Shown here: positions 29,837 to 40,900 of the stretch, piece by piece
How positions within the stretch are numbered: the stretch's first letter is position 1
How the letters are laid out: each line of letters begins with the position of its first letter
Source: Candidatus Heimdallarchaeota archaeon
GTDB lineage: Archaea > Asgardarchaeota > Wukongarchaeia > Wukongarchaeales > JBHIFL01
Length of the DNA stretch: 64,000 nt
Direction: 5' to 3'
NCBI GenBank assembly: GCA_046761065.1
Contig: JBHIFL010000004.1
Location: forward strand, 1 to 64,000
Made by a program: the position numbers and the translations under genes
The notes under the pieces: generated by a model
What the model was told of the DNA's origin: nothing
The model's database searches: none
What the model saw: only the letters and a program-made list of their open reading frames with translations

Positions 29837-30658
29837 TCACCTCATGAACAACCATTCATTGCTAGAATACTTTTCTCGAGCTAATTGGTGTGCAAGTTTA
29901 ATTTCTCCTTCTGTAGGATCACAAGAAATAAGCTCGATTTCAAGAACTTTCTCAAATCCTTCGATTAAGGCATCTCGGAGCTCAGGGAAGGTGATCTTTC
30001 TTCTGAGTACCTCCTCAATTGAACAGACTTGGGTTCGAACTGACTTGACCATCTTGTTACGCATCGTCTCGTCACTCACTTGTAATACAGAAATCATTTT
30101 TTCTACATCAACTTGCCGGAGTAGGGTTCCGTGTTGAAGTACGACCCCTTTTCGCCGAGTTTGCGCATTTCCGGATATCTTTTGCCCCCCTACTGTTAGG
30201 TCATTGATCGACTCTCGTGCATAACAAAGGGCATTTTTTTGATGTTGATTTGCCGGTGGTGATGTCGAAAAGGTGGCAGGGATCTCTAACAGTTTAAGAC
30301 CTGCTATAAGGGCTTTACATATCAGTTCATGGCTTTGTAAAATATCTCGGGGGATCAATTTATTGGTTTGAGGTGTTATTAACGAATACGTCAATTCGCC
30401 AAGAAAATCATGAAATACTGCCCCTCCACCCGTAATCCGGCGGATATAGTCAATCCCCTGCTGCTTACATTCCTTAAGATCTAAAACCTCCTCAATCGCT
30501 TGAAAATACCCAATTGACACTGCTGAAGGGTTCCATCGATAAAATCGGATCGTCCCTTCCATCTCCCCCCGCTCCTGGGCATATGTTGTGAGAATTGCTT
30601 CATCTAACCCCATATTGTGATAACAATCCTCAATCCGAATGTCAATAAGCCGCCACAT
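29837..30658 (-). CDS. Lipoate-protein ligase/octanoyltransferase (LplA/LipM family)
   Basis: NMGLDEA, RRITGGGAVFHD, KISGNAQ and QHGTL motifs. Confidence 0.92.
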   Translation of the reverse strand: MWRLIDIRIEDCYHNMGLDEAILTTYAQERGEMEGTIRFYRWNPSAVSIGYFQAIEEVLDLKECKQQGIDYIRRITGGGAVFHDFLGELTYSLITPQTNKLIPRDILQSHELICKALIAGLKLLEIPATFSTSPPANQHQKNALCYARESINDLTVGGQKISGNAQTRRKGVVLQHGTLLRQVDVEKMISVLQVSDETMRNKMVKSVRTQVCSIEEVLRRKITFPELRDALIEGFEKVLEIELISCDPTEGEIKLAHQLAREKYSSNEWLFMR

Positions 30659-30897
30659 TTGATGGATCCTCCATACATGAAGTACCTAGGAGCACACCTC
30701 TGATGCGTCTACTCCCCTACGTGTATATCCTTTTTAACCTGAGATCATCGTGGAATGAATGGTTCATAACTCCTAGGGTATCAGCTACTGCAACCAAGGC
30801 CAATAAAACATCGGTTATACTTACACTAAGTACTAAGTCACCAATCCAAAGTTGACTAGTTCGTAAGAAATACATAACTTAATTGGCAGTATAAAAT

Positions 30898-31725
30898 GTG
30901 ACGTGGATGTTTGATATCCGAGAATTATGTGAGGACAATATTTGGGATGTTGCTAGCTTTTGCATGAGACAGCCTGAGGAGGAAGTTGCATATGTCGAAG
31001 GAGATAAAGAACGTTACTTTGAAGCGTGGAGGAGAAAACAGAAGTTCCTTTCCCGTAAACTAAAAGATGGTGCATCAGCGCAAATTGCTTACAAGGCTGG
31101 ACACCCAATTGGATTCATTGAGTACTATCCGATTGAGTCCTCCAACCTTGAGCTGGTTGACCGAGATATTATGGTAATTTGGTGTATAAATGTCAAATAC
31201 CAGGAGCGGGGAAGAAAAGTGGGGGAACGCCTTCTTCAAGCATGCCTCCTTGATGCGATGCAGAAGAACCGAAAAGGGGTGGCAGTCACTTGTTGGGATC
31301 CCGTCTGGATGCCTAGTGCCTTCTTTAAGAAATACGGGTTCGTGGAAGTTGGAAAAGCTGTGGGGAACGGCGTCGTGCTTTTTAAACAATTTGATGAAGT
31401 GGAAATTCCTAGATGGATTGGAAGGGGTGGGAGTTATGATGAAGTCAACCAAGTTGAGGGGAAAATAGTTATTGATCTCTTCCATACTAATCGTTGCCCT
31501 ATTCATTGGCGCAATACCGCACTTCTGAAGGATATTGCTGCGGACTTCGGAAAAAACGTCATAATAAATGAAGTTAATGTGGATAACCGCGAAAATATGC
31601 TGAAACATAAAATTGCATATAGTATTTACCTAAACGGGAAGGTTTTAGCTGCGGGTCCACAAGCCAAAGTAAATGTACTTAGGAAAAGAATTCAGACTGA
31701 ATTGGAAAAACTGAACCGGATATGA
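30898..31725 (+). CDS. GNAT acetyltransferase (YoaP-like) with C-terminal thioredoxin-like domain
   Basis: GFIEYYP, IWCINV..ERGRKVG and FFKKYGF motifs; C-terminal RCP motif. Confidence 0.8.
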   Translation: MTWMFDIRELCEDNIWDVASFCMRQPEEEVAYVEGDKERYFEAWRRKQKFLSRKLKDGASAQIAYKAGHPIGFIEYYPIESSNLELVDRDIMVIWCINVKYQERGRKVGERLLQACLLDAMQKNRKGVAVTCWDPVWMPSAFFKKYGFVEVGKAVGNGVVLFKQFDEVEIPRWIGRGGSYDEVNQVEGKIVIDLFHTNRCPIHWRNTALLKDIAADFGKNVIINEVNVDNRENMLKHKIAYSIYLNGKVLAAGPQAKVNVLRKRIQTELEKLNRI

Positions 31726-32027
31726 AAATTCCTCGTACCTTCAAACCTATCCAAGCTAAACCCCAGCAATTTAAGACAAATGAGTAGAGCAAGATCTTCT
31801 AGTTAACTCCCATAAACATATTGAGAGTACCCTACGAAGGAGAAAGATTACACGAGAGAAAGTCCACTTGCTATTTTTCGAGATGAAGATGATTCCGCCC
31901 CTTGATTTTTCTAGTGAACCGACAACTATTTACATATGATTTGGTTTCAGTTGATGAGGAATCAGTATTCTTGCACCATCTTCCCGTTTGTATTGGTGAA
32001 TCCCCCTGAATCAAAGAAACCTGAATT

Positions 32028-33263
32028 TTGTGGTTGGAGCCATTGTCTGACAAAAGTCCATTTGATTGGAAACCACTTGTGCTGCCACCCCAAGTCATGG
32101 CGGGACTTCGCACAAAAAGTATTCTAACCGTGGGGTTAATCAAATTCCATCGACAATGGGGGCCGCTCACGTGGATAGCAGACATCAGACCAAAGAGCAA
32201 AACTAGTGAGTTATTGAAGGACCCTACCCGAAGATCGGAAGTATATGAAGGCTTAGCTTACACAGGGATCGAGTTTCAGGGAATCGGAAATGAGCAGGTA
32301 TGCGTAGCCCGGTATGAACGAAGAGAATTCCCCGAATTTCTAACAGATCTCCTACTTTTTGCGGTAGACGAGAAGAAACTTATTGAGAAGGGGGAAACCC
32401 TCTACGGAATCCTAACACTCGCAAAATTGGTGATGAGCCGATCTGAAGGACAAGTAGAAACGCTCCCAAAAACCCTGTGGGAGATATTGATCCCTAAATC
32501 GGTGGAGATCGAAGAGCTCGAAGAAATCGAAGGTTTTCGAAGGATCCGCGCGCCAATAATGCCTATCCAAGAGTTGGCGCCCGTGCTTGGCATGATTTTC
32601 GTCGACTTGAAAAATAAGAAGTTTATCCGACAGTTCTTTCCAGACATGATTGATGGTAATGACACCTCAGAACTGGAACTCTTCCTCTTCAGACTAGTTA
32701 CCAGACAACCCGAACCGCCGTGGAGATTCCCTCCGGCAAAGCCCATAAGTTATCCATGGGGATTCCATATACAGACAGAATGGAACGGTTATCATATAAC
32801 AACCCTCTACTCCAAGTCTTTTGGATCAGCCCTAGTCGCCCTGTCCCGGGAAAAACTTTCGTGGAACTTACTAGTCTGGTTTAATATCCTCCTATCCCAC
32901 CTTGATGTGCTGGGGCTAAACCTTCACGGAGAAACCCTTAAAGAGGTTCTTATCCACATGCTAAGTGTTCAACATTCTGAACCGAAACAAGAAAGAGCAC
33001 AATATTTTCTGGAGATGATGTTAAGATCCAATGAACTTGTCCCACTTTTTCCAAACGCGCAACTTCGATCAGAAGTAAAAAAATTCCCCAACCGAATCTT
33101 CTTTCAACAATATCCCAACGTTGTAGACCTTATCAAAGAAGTGGGGAGCGAGACCATCTATGCACTTTCCGAAAAAATTGGAGTGCCTCTTAATGAAGTA
33201 GTTACCATGATAATCTTCCTTCAATCCAGAGAATTTGTCACTCTACAGCGAGTAGGTACCTGA
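32028..33263 (+). CDS. Longin-like domain protein with C-terminal winged helix (NPRL2-like architecture)
   Basis: LIKFHRQWGP longin/uDENN-type start, RYERR motif, and C-terminal TIYALSEKIGVPLNEVVTMIIFLQSREFV wHTH. Confidence 0.5.
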   Translation: MWLEPLSDKSPFDWKPLVLPPQVMAGLRTKSILTVGLIKFHRQWGPLTWIADIRPKSKTSELLKDPTRRSEVYEGLAYTGIEFQGIGNEQVCVARYERREFPEFLTDLLLFAVDEKKLIEKGETLYGILTLAKLVMSRSEGQVETLPKTLWEILIPKSVEIEELEEIEGFRRIRAPIMPIQELAPVLGMIFVDLKNKKFIRQFFPDMIDGNDTSELELFLFRLVTRQPEPPWRFPPAKPISYPWGFHIQTEWNGYHITTLYSKSFGSALVALSREKLSWNLLVWFNILLSHLDVLGLNLHGETLKEVLIHMLSVQHSEPKQERAQYFLEMMLRSNELVPLFPNAQLRSEVKKFPNRIFFQQYPNVVDLIKEVGSETIYALSEKIGVPLNEVVTMIIFLQSREFVTLQRVGT

Positions 33264-33638
33264 GATATTTACAACAAATGAATAGTGGACGTTCCCTCAA
33301 GTAATTACCTATCAACTGGGTTTAGCCGAGAGCACAGGCGAAACATGCCGCTTTCTTGCCGTAGGAATGCCAATTTGTTGTAAGCATAGAAGAGGGGGGA
33401 CAAGATGTGATAATATCAGATGAGCCACTCAAGGCCATCAAGATTATTTTCAAGCTATTAATCTCTTGAGAGTTGAAGGTTAATGGAAACCATATATTTT
33501 TATGTAATGAATCCATTTTGAACCGAAGCCGTCCAAAAAAAGAACTATAAATAGTATAGCTCGCTAAATTTTATTTGTAAATAAATTGCATAATGAGATT
33601 CGAATGTACTGTTTCCGAACTTAAATTGATAATTCTTG

Positions 33639-34622
33639 CTATATTACATTCATATGCATCTTACCTGCTGCAATTTTGCGTGCTCTATCACTTAAGTCTT
33701 TCATTATGCTTGAAAAATCTCCTTTTCCCCCATGTACATACTTTTCTTTTTCAGCGACTGCAATAGCCAAAATTACCTCCGTTCCATTTTTTTCAGACTC
33801 TTTTTCTTTGCCAAAAACAAACAAGCTAGAACCCATAGCGTCAGTTCCACCGAAGAAATCAATAACCATCCAGCCCTCTTTTCTGACATTTTCATCAAAT
33901 CCAAATGTGTGGGTCAAGCCAGTATAGAGGGTCGCCGCAGTCGAGCACATCGCTTCACTTTTCATTTTGGATTCCAAGTACCGGTCGATATTTATGATAT
34001 AGTTGTTATCGGTGAAGATAACCGTTGCTTCCATCTTTTTTTTAAAAACCGGATGCCCCAAATCGATTTGTTCAAAAGGCGGTCTCATGCCAGTCCAACC
34101 GATTATTTTTCTAACCCTTCCGGGATCGAAGTTAAAATCAAAATTTCGAATCTGATCTGCAAAGGCTGAAAAAAAGTTCTCTGCCATTTCTCTCAAGAAA
34201 TAAAGTTGGAATCCTTGTGTGATATCAGGATAATCGATCCAAAACGGACCTTGAATTACCTTAAACCCAATACAGAGGCCTCTTTGGGGTTCTTGTTTCC
34301 AACCCATCTCATCTGTCGATTTTATCCCCATTCGCTTGTCTAACAATATTTGATCGATATTTGAGATTGGTTCGATAACATACTCAGGAGATATAATAAC
34401 TTGTATGATTTGCCTTGTCCCTATAGCAGTTACAATTTTGATGTCTCTTTCCAGAAGCTGCGAAAAAGATTTTATTCCAGAGATCAATCCTGAAAGGAAC
34501 ATTGGCATGTCTTTTAATTTAGCTTGATCGAAAATGTTCTTTCCTAATGAACAGATTGCTTGGCCATCCAAAGCAAAAATTATGGTATCCAACTCACCCA
34601 TTGGTTCAGTATAACTGCTCAT
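33639..34622 (-). CDS. Longin-like plus roadblock-like two-domain protein
   Basis: IIFALDGQAI...FLSGLISGIKSFSQ longin pattern; C-terminal alpha/beta roadblock-like region. Confidence 0.5.
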   Translation of the reverse strand: MSSYTEPMGELDTIIFALDGQAICSLGKNIFDQAKLKDMPMFLSGLISGIKSFSQLLERDIKIVTAIGTRQIIQVIISPEYVIEPISNIDQILLDKRMGIKSTDEMGWKQEPQRGLCIGFKVIQGPFWIDYPDITQGFQLYFLREMAENFFSAFADQIRNFDFNFDPGRVRKIIGWTGMRPPFEQIDLGHPVFKKKMEATVIFTDNNYIINIDRYLESKMKSEAMCSTAATLYTGLTHTFGFDENVRKEGWMVIDFFGGTDAMGSSLFVFGKEKESEKNGTEVILAIAVAEKEKYVHGGKGDFSSIMKDLSDRARKIAAGKMHMNVI

Positions 34623-34647
34623 TGTTTGTCCTCTTGAAAATCATGAT

Positions 34648-35316
34648 TTATTTAAATGTTTTAAAACTCCGTACTTCCCCCTCAGGATGTGTTTGTGTCG
34701 TCAAGGGTTTCTTTCTTCTACTTGAACTATTAATCGGTTTTTCTGTCCTATCAAGTCCGAATCTTGTCACGATCTTTCCAACGAGGAGTTCAAAGGCTTT
34801 TTCCACATGTTCTCCTGTCTTTGCCGAAGTTTCCAAGTACTGTACTTGAAAACCATGCTGTTTTGTGCAGGCACTCTGTTCTTGTGCATATTGGTCTCCA
34901 AAACAAGGGTCAACCGTATTTTCCATGCTATTACGAAGATCTACCTTGTTTCCAATCAAGATCACTGGGATTATGCCAAAACCGGTGTTTTCCCAAATCT
35001 CATTCATCCATATCGATAAGTTTTCGCAACTTTTAGGATTGGTGATGTCAAAGAGGAGCATTGCACCACAAGCAGAGCGATAATATATTTTTCGAACAGA
35101 TTTGAATGCCTCTTGCGATCCTAGATCCCAAATTTGGAGTTGACAGGTCCTATCATCATCCCTTAAGGAAAACTCTTTTAGAGCAAAATCTACCCCAATT
35201 GTTGGTTTATAGGTAGTGCGAAAGCTTTTTCCCATGAACTTTCTTCTAAGAGTTGTTTTTCCAACTTCCGGATCGCCACATAAAACGATTTTCAATGATC
35301 CGGTCGGTTGTTTCAT
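34648..35316 (-). CDS. Rab-like small GTPase
   Basis: GDPEVGKT, YKPTIGVDF, WDLGSQ, GNKVD and ETSAK motifs. Confidence 0.94.
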   Translation of the reverse strand: MKQPTGSLKIVLCGDPEVGKTTLRRKFMGKSFRTTYKPTIGVDFALKEFSLRDDDRTCQLQIWDLGSQEAFKSVRKIYYRSACGAMLLFDITNPKSCENLSIWMNEIWENTGFGIIPVILIGNKVDLRNSMENTVDPCFGDQYAQEQSACTKQHGFQVQYLETSAKTGEHVEKAFELLVGKIVTRFGLDRTEKPINSSSRRKKPLTTQTHPEGEVRSFKTFK

Positions 35317-35881
35317 TACCAGAAGCCCCCAACATACCGTTCCCTATCTCTTTATACTAATGACTTTCATTCTTCTTTAACATTTTTTAACAGTTAAAAT
35401 GGGAGAGATATATTGGCTTTTGTTGCCATCTAGTAAAAATAATCGGTATATGTTAAGTCGGAGTATGACCTACTAGATTGAAGAATCAACGATTATAGTA
35501 AGTATCTATTATACGTTCAAAGTCAAAAAATCCATTAAAGAGCATTAAGGCATTTATTTTGATTTAATGCTTTAATGTAGAATTTTGCTCATTTTGAAAG
35601 TAAAATGCTCTATATGATAACCCAAAAAGAAAGACAAAAATTCATCCTCCGCCCCACCTGTAGATATCCTTACAAAATGAAACAGAGATGATTGCCCATA
35701 ACATCAATACCTCGGGATTATTGAAATATTTTCAAAATTAAGGGACATAATATAGAAGACGCCTAAATCAAAACACTTCTCGCTATCTAATTGTTGAGTA
35801 ATGAGAGGATTCGAAAAAACAATAATACGGTCTTAAGATGGAATAGCCTAAACACTAAAGCTGAAGGGGAAATGCTTAGCT

Positions 35882-36664
35882 ATGGTTGTATTTGATGGGT
35901 TAATTTTGACGATTCTCGAGGATTTTGGTCCAGCTCCAATTGTAAACCTCTCAAAAATGGACGAAGCTACAGCTACTCATCTAAGTATCACTGGATTGAC
36001 TATCGTGGGACTAGGAAGTACTCGGGTTTATCTTCGCCTGTTTGGGTCGATTCCCGTGCCGGATTTTCCAGACAGCGAAGCGATGCCCTTTATTTTTTCC
36101 GTCTCAGGAGAAGACTCTGCGGATGAACGAATCATACAACAAGGAAGGGATTGCGTCATCTTTTTGCTCTTCGCGTCTTCTAACAGGGCTTCTGTTTATG
36201 CGACACATCATGAGGTTGAGAAAATCCTTAATGAGCATGTAAAGAACTTTCAAACTAGGGAAGACCTTTCCCAAGCGGCTATGGAGGTAATCCTTGGCCA
36301 GATCAACCAGATTGAACCCCCTAGCATACAAGAACTGCCATTAGAAGAACAAGAAATCGCAATGGAGAGAAAAGCAGGTTTGGATTTCTATCAAGTTTTG
36401 CCAGATGGAGAACTCCAAGAAACTTCTCTTTCTGATGGACTAAAATCGCCCATCCTGATAATAGTAAATCACGTAAATCAGTTAATTCTCAAATTAACCC
36501 TTTCAGAGGACATATCAGAACGGTACGATTATCTAGCCGCACGCGCAGCAAATCGGGTGAATGTCGAAAGGCTAAGGAATGCATATCGAATTAGAGATAT
36601 TGATGATCCTTTGGAAATCGACATGTTACTAGAAAAAATCAGAACAGGATTCAAAATAAGTTAA
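35882..36664 (+). CDS. Longin/uDENN-like domain fused to a putative gelsolin-like domain
   Basis: LILTILEDFGPAPI start; C-terminal FYQV..DGEL...ILIIVNH...YLAARAANRVN...YRIRDI pattern. Confidence 0.5.
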   Translation: MVVFDGLILTILEDFGPAPIVNLSKMDEATATHLSITGLTIVGLGSTRVYLRLFGSIPVPDFPDSEAMPFIFSVSGEDSADERIIQQGRDCVIFLLFASSNRASVYATHHEVEKILNEHVKNFQTREDLSQAAMEVILGQINQIEPPSIQELPLEEQEIAMERKAGLDFYQVLPDGELQETSLSDGLKSPILIIVNHVNQLILKLTLSEDISERYDYLAARAANRVNVERLRNAYRIRDIDDPLEIDMLLEKIRTGFKIS

Positions 36665-36948
36665 GTCCAATTGGATAGATCATGTCATGGAAAAAGGATA
36701 CCTGCAATTTTTTTGACAATGTGTTATCTTGAGTAAGGGACTTATGGCTGAGATTTTTTGAATATTGCGGCTTTTAGCCCTTATAAGCTAAAATTTGTCG
36801 TTGATATATTCAAACGCTTAAGCAAATAGAATCTGAACTTGTTTTCACAAATCTTATATGTATCCTCTTCGAGAAGGTAGGATTGAGGATGTACGCAAGC
36901 CAAGAAAATAGGATTGGAAATGCGATTTAGATCTTTGGGAGAATAATT

Positions 36949-37908
36949 ATGTCTGGTGTCGCGTTCGGGGAAAGCAAACGACATACGGAGAAGATTCTAT
37001 TAATGGGACTCGCTGAGAGTGGAAAATCGACCATTGTGAGCGTGGCTTTTGAAGGACATAGTCCACCTCCTAGAGACGCGCGGTACGATGCCACTTTGGA
37101 ATACATTCGTAAGAATATTGAAGTTAACGGTGAAAAACTAACCATATTTGATGTAGGAGGCCAACGCGCGTTTTTGGATCGCTTTACTGGCGAATTAGCA
37201 GAATTCATTTTCAGTGAGGCAAGTGCTCTCATTTTTGTTGTCGATTTGACCAAACTAGAAGAACTTAGTCGAGCCAAATTTTACTTCGATAAATGCTTAA
37301 AGAACCTGGAGCAGTTCTCTCCAACTGCACAAGTATTCTTGTTTCTCCATAAAAAGGATCTAATTACGGATGAATTGGAGTTTTATGAATATTCGATCAA
37401 GCCGGCTTTATTATCAGACGTGTCGGTGCCGGTTAATGTCCATTTTACCTCGGTTTATGATAACTCGATTTATGAGGCGACTGAAGCGGTGCTTGGTTCT
37501 GTCGATATAACGGCAGAGGAGTTGGAATCGATAATTGTCTCGTTTCGTGCTAAAACTAATGCAAAATCCGTCGAAGTGCTCTCATTGAAAGGCGAACCGG
37601 TTCCATTGACGCGTGTCGGTGAAGTGATCGAAAGTCTCAAAGTTTATGAGAACCTTGATTCTAATCTTATAGATGCGTTTACGGCTGATTCCTCTGATGA
37701 AGAGCCAAAAAAATTGACGGGTGCCGTTTTAGAAACGAATGATGATATGAAAGTGTGGAGACGAATAGGGACCGACTTGCTTCTAACAGTTACTTTCTCA
37801 AAAAGTGACCTTCTGGAAATCTACCCCTCGGTATTATCTCTGACTAGTCGACTTGGATCCGCGAAGAAACCCAGAAAACAGATGACTGAAGAAGATCAGG
37901 CCAAATAG
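36949..37908 (+). CDS. Rag/Gtr-like GTPase with C-terminal roadblock domain (class I)
   Basis: KILLMGLAESGKS, YDATL, DVGGQ, HKKD and TSVYD.SIY motifs. Confidence 0.88.
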   Translation: MSGVAFGESKRHTEKILLMGLAESGKSTIVSVAFEGHSPPPRDARYDATLEYIRKNIEVNGEKLTIFDVGGQRAFLDRFTGELAEFIFSEASALIFVVDLTKLEELSRAKFYFDKCLKNLEQFSPTAQVFLFLHKKDLITDELEFYEYSIKPALLSDVSVPVNVHFTSVYDNSIYEATEAVLGSVDITAEELESIIVSFRAKTNAKSVEVLSLKGEPVPLTRVGEVIESLKVYENLDSNLIDAFTADSSDEEPKKLTGAVLETNDDMKVWRRIGTDLLLTVTFSKSDLLEIYPSVLSLTSRLGSAKKPRKQMTEEDQAK

Positions 37909-37965
37909 TTTTTGTTTTCCAAGGAGATACGGGCTAATTAGACAAATACAGCCCATATTCAGCTC

Positions 37966-40900
37966 TCATGCACCCTCGACATCGACTATTACTTGCCCGC
38001 CTTCCCCAACTATTGCTTCTTCTCCGTAGAGTTCCTGATAGGCAGCAATAATCCGCGTCACTAAGCTCCGTAAGCCATCCATCTGAGCGGAAATATTCTC
38101 TCTTGGAACTTTCGTTTCGATTAATGAGCGGATCTGTCGTACCGAAGGAAGAATCTCTGGTGAAAAGATATTGGTGAGCTCACTATACACCGGATCGACC
38201 AGAAGGTTGATCGTCATATTTTCCTTCCCGCCCCGGGCTTCCGGATTGTCGATGGCAAATGCGTAGGATACGCACATCATCCGGGCCTCGCCCAACCTGA
38301 GATCAAAGATAGTCACTTTCTCCTCGGTTGTTTCTTCAACAAAACCGCCTGCGCTAAAGGAACGGTCGGAGAGATCGACTAAGAATTGCATATGATCCTC
38401 CAGCAAAGATGGCGTGATAATACTTGGGACGGGACCCTCACGTTGATCGAAAAAGGAAAGTATGACCCCATAGGTATGATCATCGAGCCGGGCGATTACC
38501 TCATCGTCCGACATTTGATTTGCAATGGCCATCACGCGCTCTTTGTCTAACCCAACAACCTTGCGGAACTTCTTGATGGCAATACCTGTCGTGACGGCGG
38601 CAGCCGCAATTATTCCAAACAGATAGATGAGGGGAATCCCCTTTGTTGCAGTTATGTATGGTGTCTTCACCCACACATCCCAAGCCTCGGTGTTCGCATT
38701 TCCACCTAAATCCTTGGTCGCAATAGTCCACAGGATTGGACTTCCTGGCTCAACTTGCACTTTTGCCGAATAATGTGTGGTATTAATCGACTGCATTGGT
38801 GCTTGCCGCCAAGTCGTACCTTCATCAACCGAGTAGATAAATTCAAGGCTATCGACTCCGGTCCCTTTTTCTGCCACTTCAGCCCAAATTGTTAGGTCCC
38901 CATCCCCAGGGTCGATAATTCCCGCATCAAGGACGCGCGGCGGTGCCCCATCCCCCACGATTTGCTCCGACGCTCCTCCTTCAACCTGGAGGTTCGCACC
39001 ATCTGCTACGGTGATCGTATACGAGAACATTGTTTGATACCCGAGGTTCTCATCATGGATATAGTGCGTTCCATTAAAGCGCATTACTCGTTCTATCTGC
39101 GAAATAGTGCCCAGGGAGGAGGTTGCGCTTGCACTCTTGCTTAGCGTGGACGACTCGCTGATGGAAATTGAGAGGCTGACATTTTCGATGCTTCCAAAGG
39201 GATCCTCAGCACTCACCCAGAATCGGACATGACCTTCCTCATCGGGTAGCAGGTTATACCCGAAGGAATTGATCTGTGGTGGCGTCTTGTCGGGCACTGC
39301 AAACTTATACGCAATCCCAATCCCTACGTTTGAGTTGTTTGCTTTGTCCTTTGCCTGTATGGAGAAGTCAATGACATCTCCCACCCTTAAGCCAGTAAAT
39401 TCGTGGATATAATATGTCCCATTCCACGTCATTGGAATGGTCTGAGAGACTTCGTAATTTTTTTGGAATACTATGGAAACCGTATTTCTTTCCTCCGGGA
39501 AACCGCTCCCCAAGTTGCCATCCGTCACATTCGCCCAGAGGACTGCCGTCCCATTCTGGAATTCCTCACCTCCCGCACCCATAACACGCGGGGGGACGAT
39601 ATCCTGAACTGTGTGTCCCGATTCGAATTGTGTATCTTTATTGCCCGCGGTATCCCGGACCGTGATCTCGAAATTGAAGGTGTTCTCGTACGGAAGCTCG
39701 GTGTCATAGTAGTAATAGGCTCCAACCCATAGCATTGCCCCTTCCTCTTGTTGGTCGCCCGTGATATTGATCATCAGTTTCCCTATCGTCCCAAAAGGAT
39801 CATCAGCATAGCACCAAAACCGGATGTGACCATCCGAATCAGGCAAGTAATCGTAACCAATCTGGTCGATTACGGGAGCCGTGTGGTCGCTTACCCCAGC
39901 CATTCTCCAGAAGCCCATCCCTTGGTTCCCTGCATTGTCTTGGGCGCGTACTTGGTAATTGATCACATCTCCAACGAACAAGCCGCCAACGGTGTAGTCA
40001 TAGTTCGACCCGCCAACCGACACCATTTTTCTTGTCTGTTGGGCACCTCCCCCCACCCGATAGATGAAAACCACGGTGTCGGGATTAATCCCGCTCCCGC
40101 GTTGACCGTCGGTCACCTGCACCCGAAAAGTTACCGTCCCGTCTTGGTTATCCCATTGGGCCACGGTGACAAAATTCTGGCGTGGAGGGGCGACTTGATC
40201 GAGAACCGTGCCTGTGCGTGGTGAGGTTTGATTTGTTAGACCCGCCATATTTGAGGCCGTAATATTGTATGAAAACGAAGTACCAGAGTTTACGAGCAAA
40301 TCATACTCGTAGAAAGTTCCATTGTAGGTCATTATCCCGCTAAATTGAGAAGGGCTGCCCTCAACGCGAACCTCTTTAATACTACCAATATCTTCAGTGA
40401 CATCCGCCCAGAAGCAGATATGCCCATCTACATCTTTTATAAAATAGTATCCTGACGCATGGATCGTAGGGGGTGTCTCATCGCCTACGCCATACATGTA
40501 GGATGGACTTATCCGGGAATTATATTCAATGTCCTCGACCTTGACCTGGTACGCAAGAATGTCACCTGCCAGAAGGTTCGCGAGTGTATAAGTATAAAAA
40601 TCACTAGTTCCGTTCCATACCATTTGCTTATAGAAGGGACCAATACCATTCTTCCTATATGTGAGCAAAACACTGTCATTAGCTTCAGGGAATCCTGAGC
40701 CGATCCCATCGTTTGTTTTGGCCCAAATCGTGACGGTACCATTATGAAAATCTTGAATACCAGTATCAAGTTCCGGAGGAGCCTTATCGGGCACATAAGT
40801 GGTCGGTCCTCCACCAAGAAGACTTGCGGAAAGGCCAGCATTATCGAAGGCAGTCACATTGTACGTAACAGCCATTCGAGTCGTAGGTTTAGTCTCCCAG

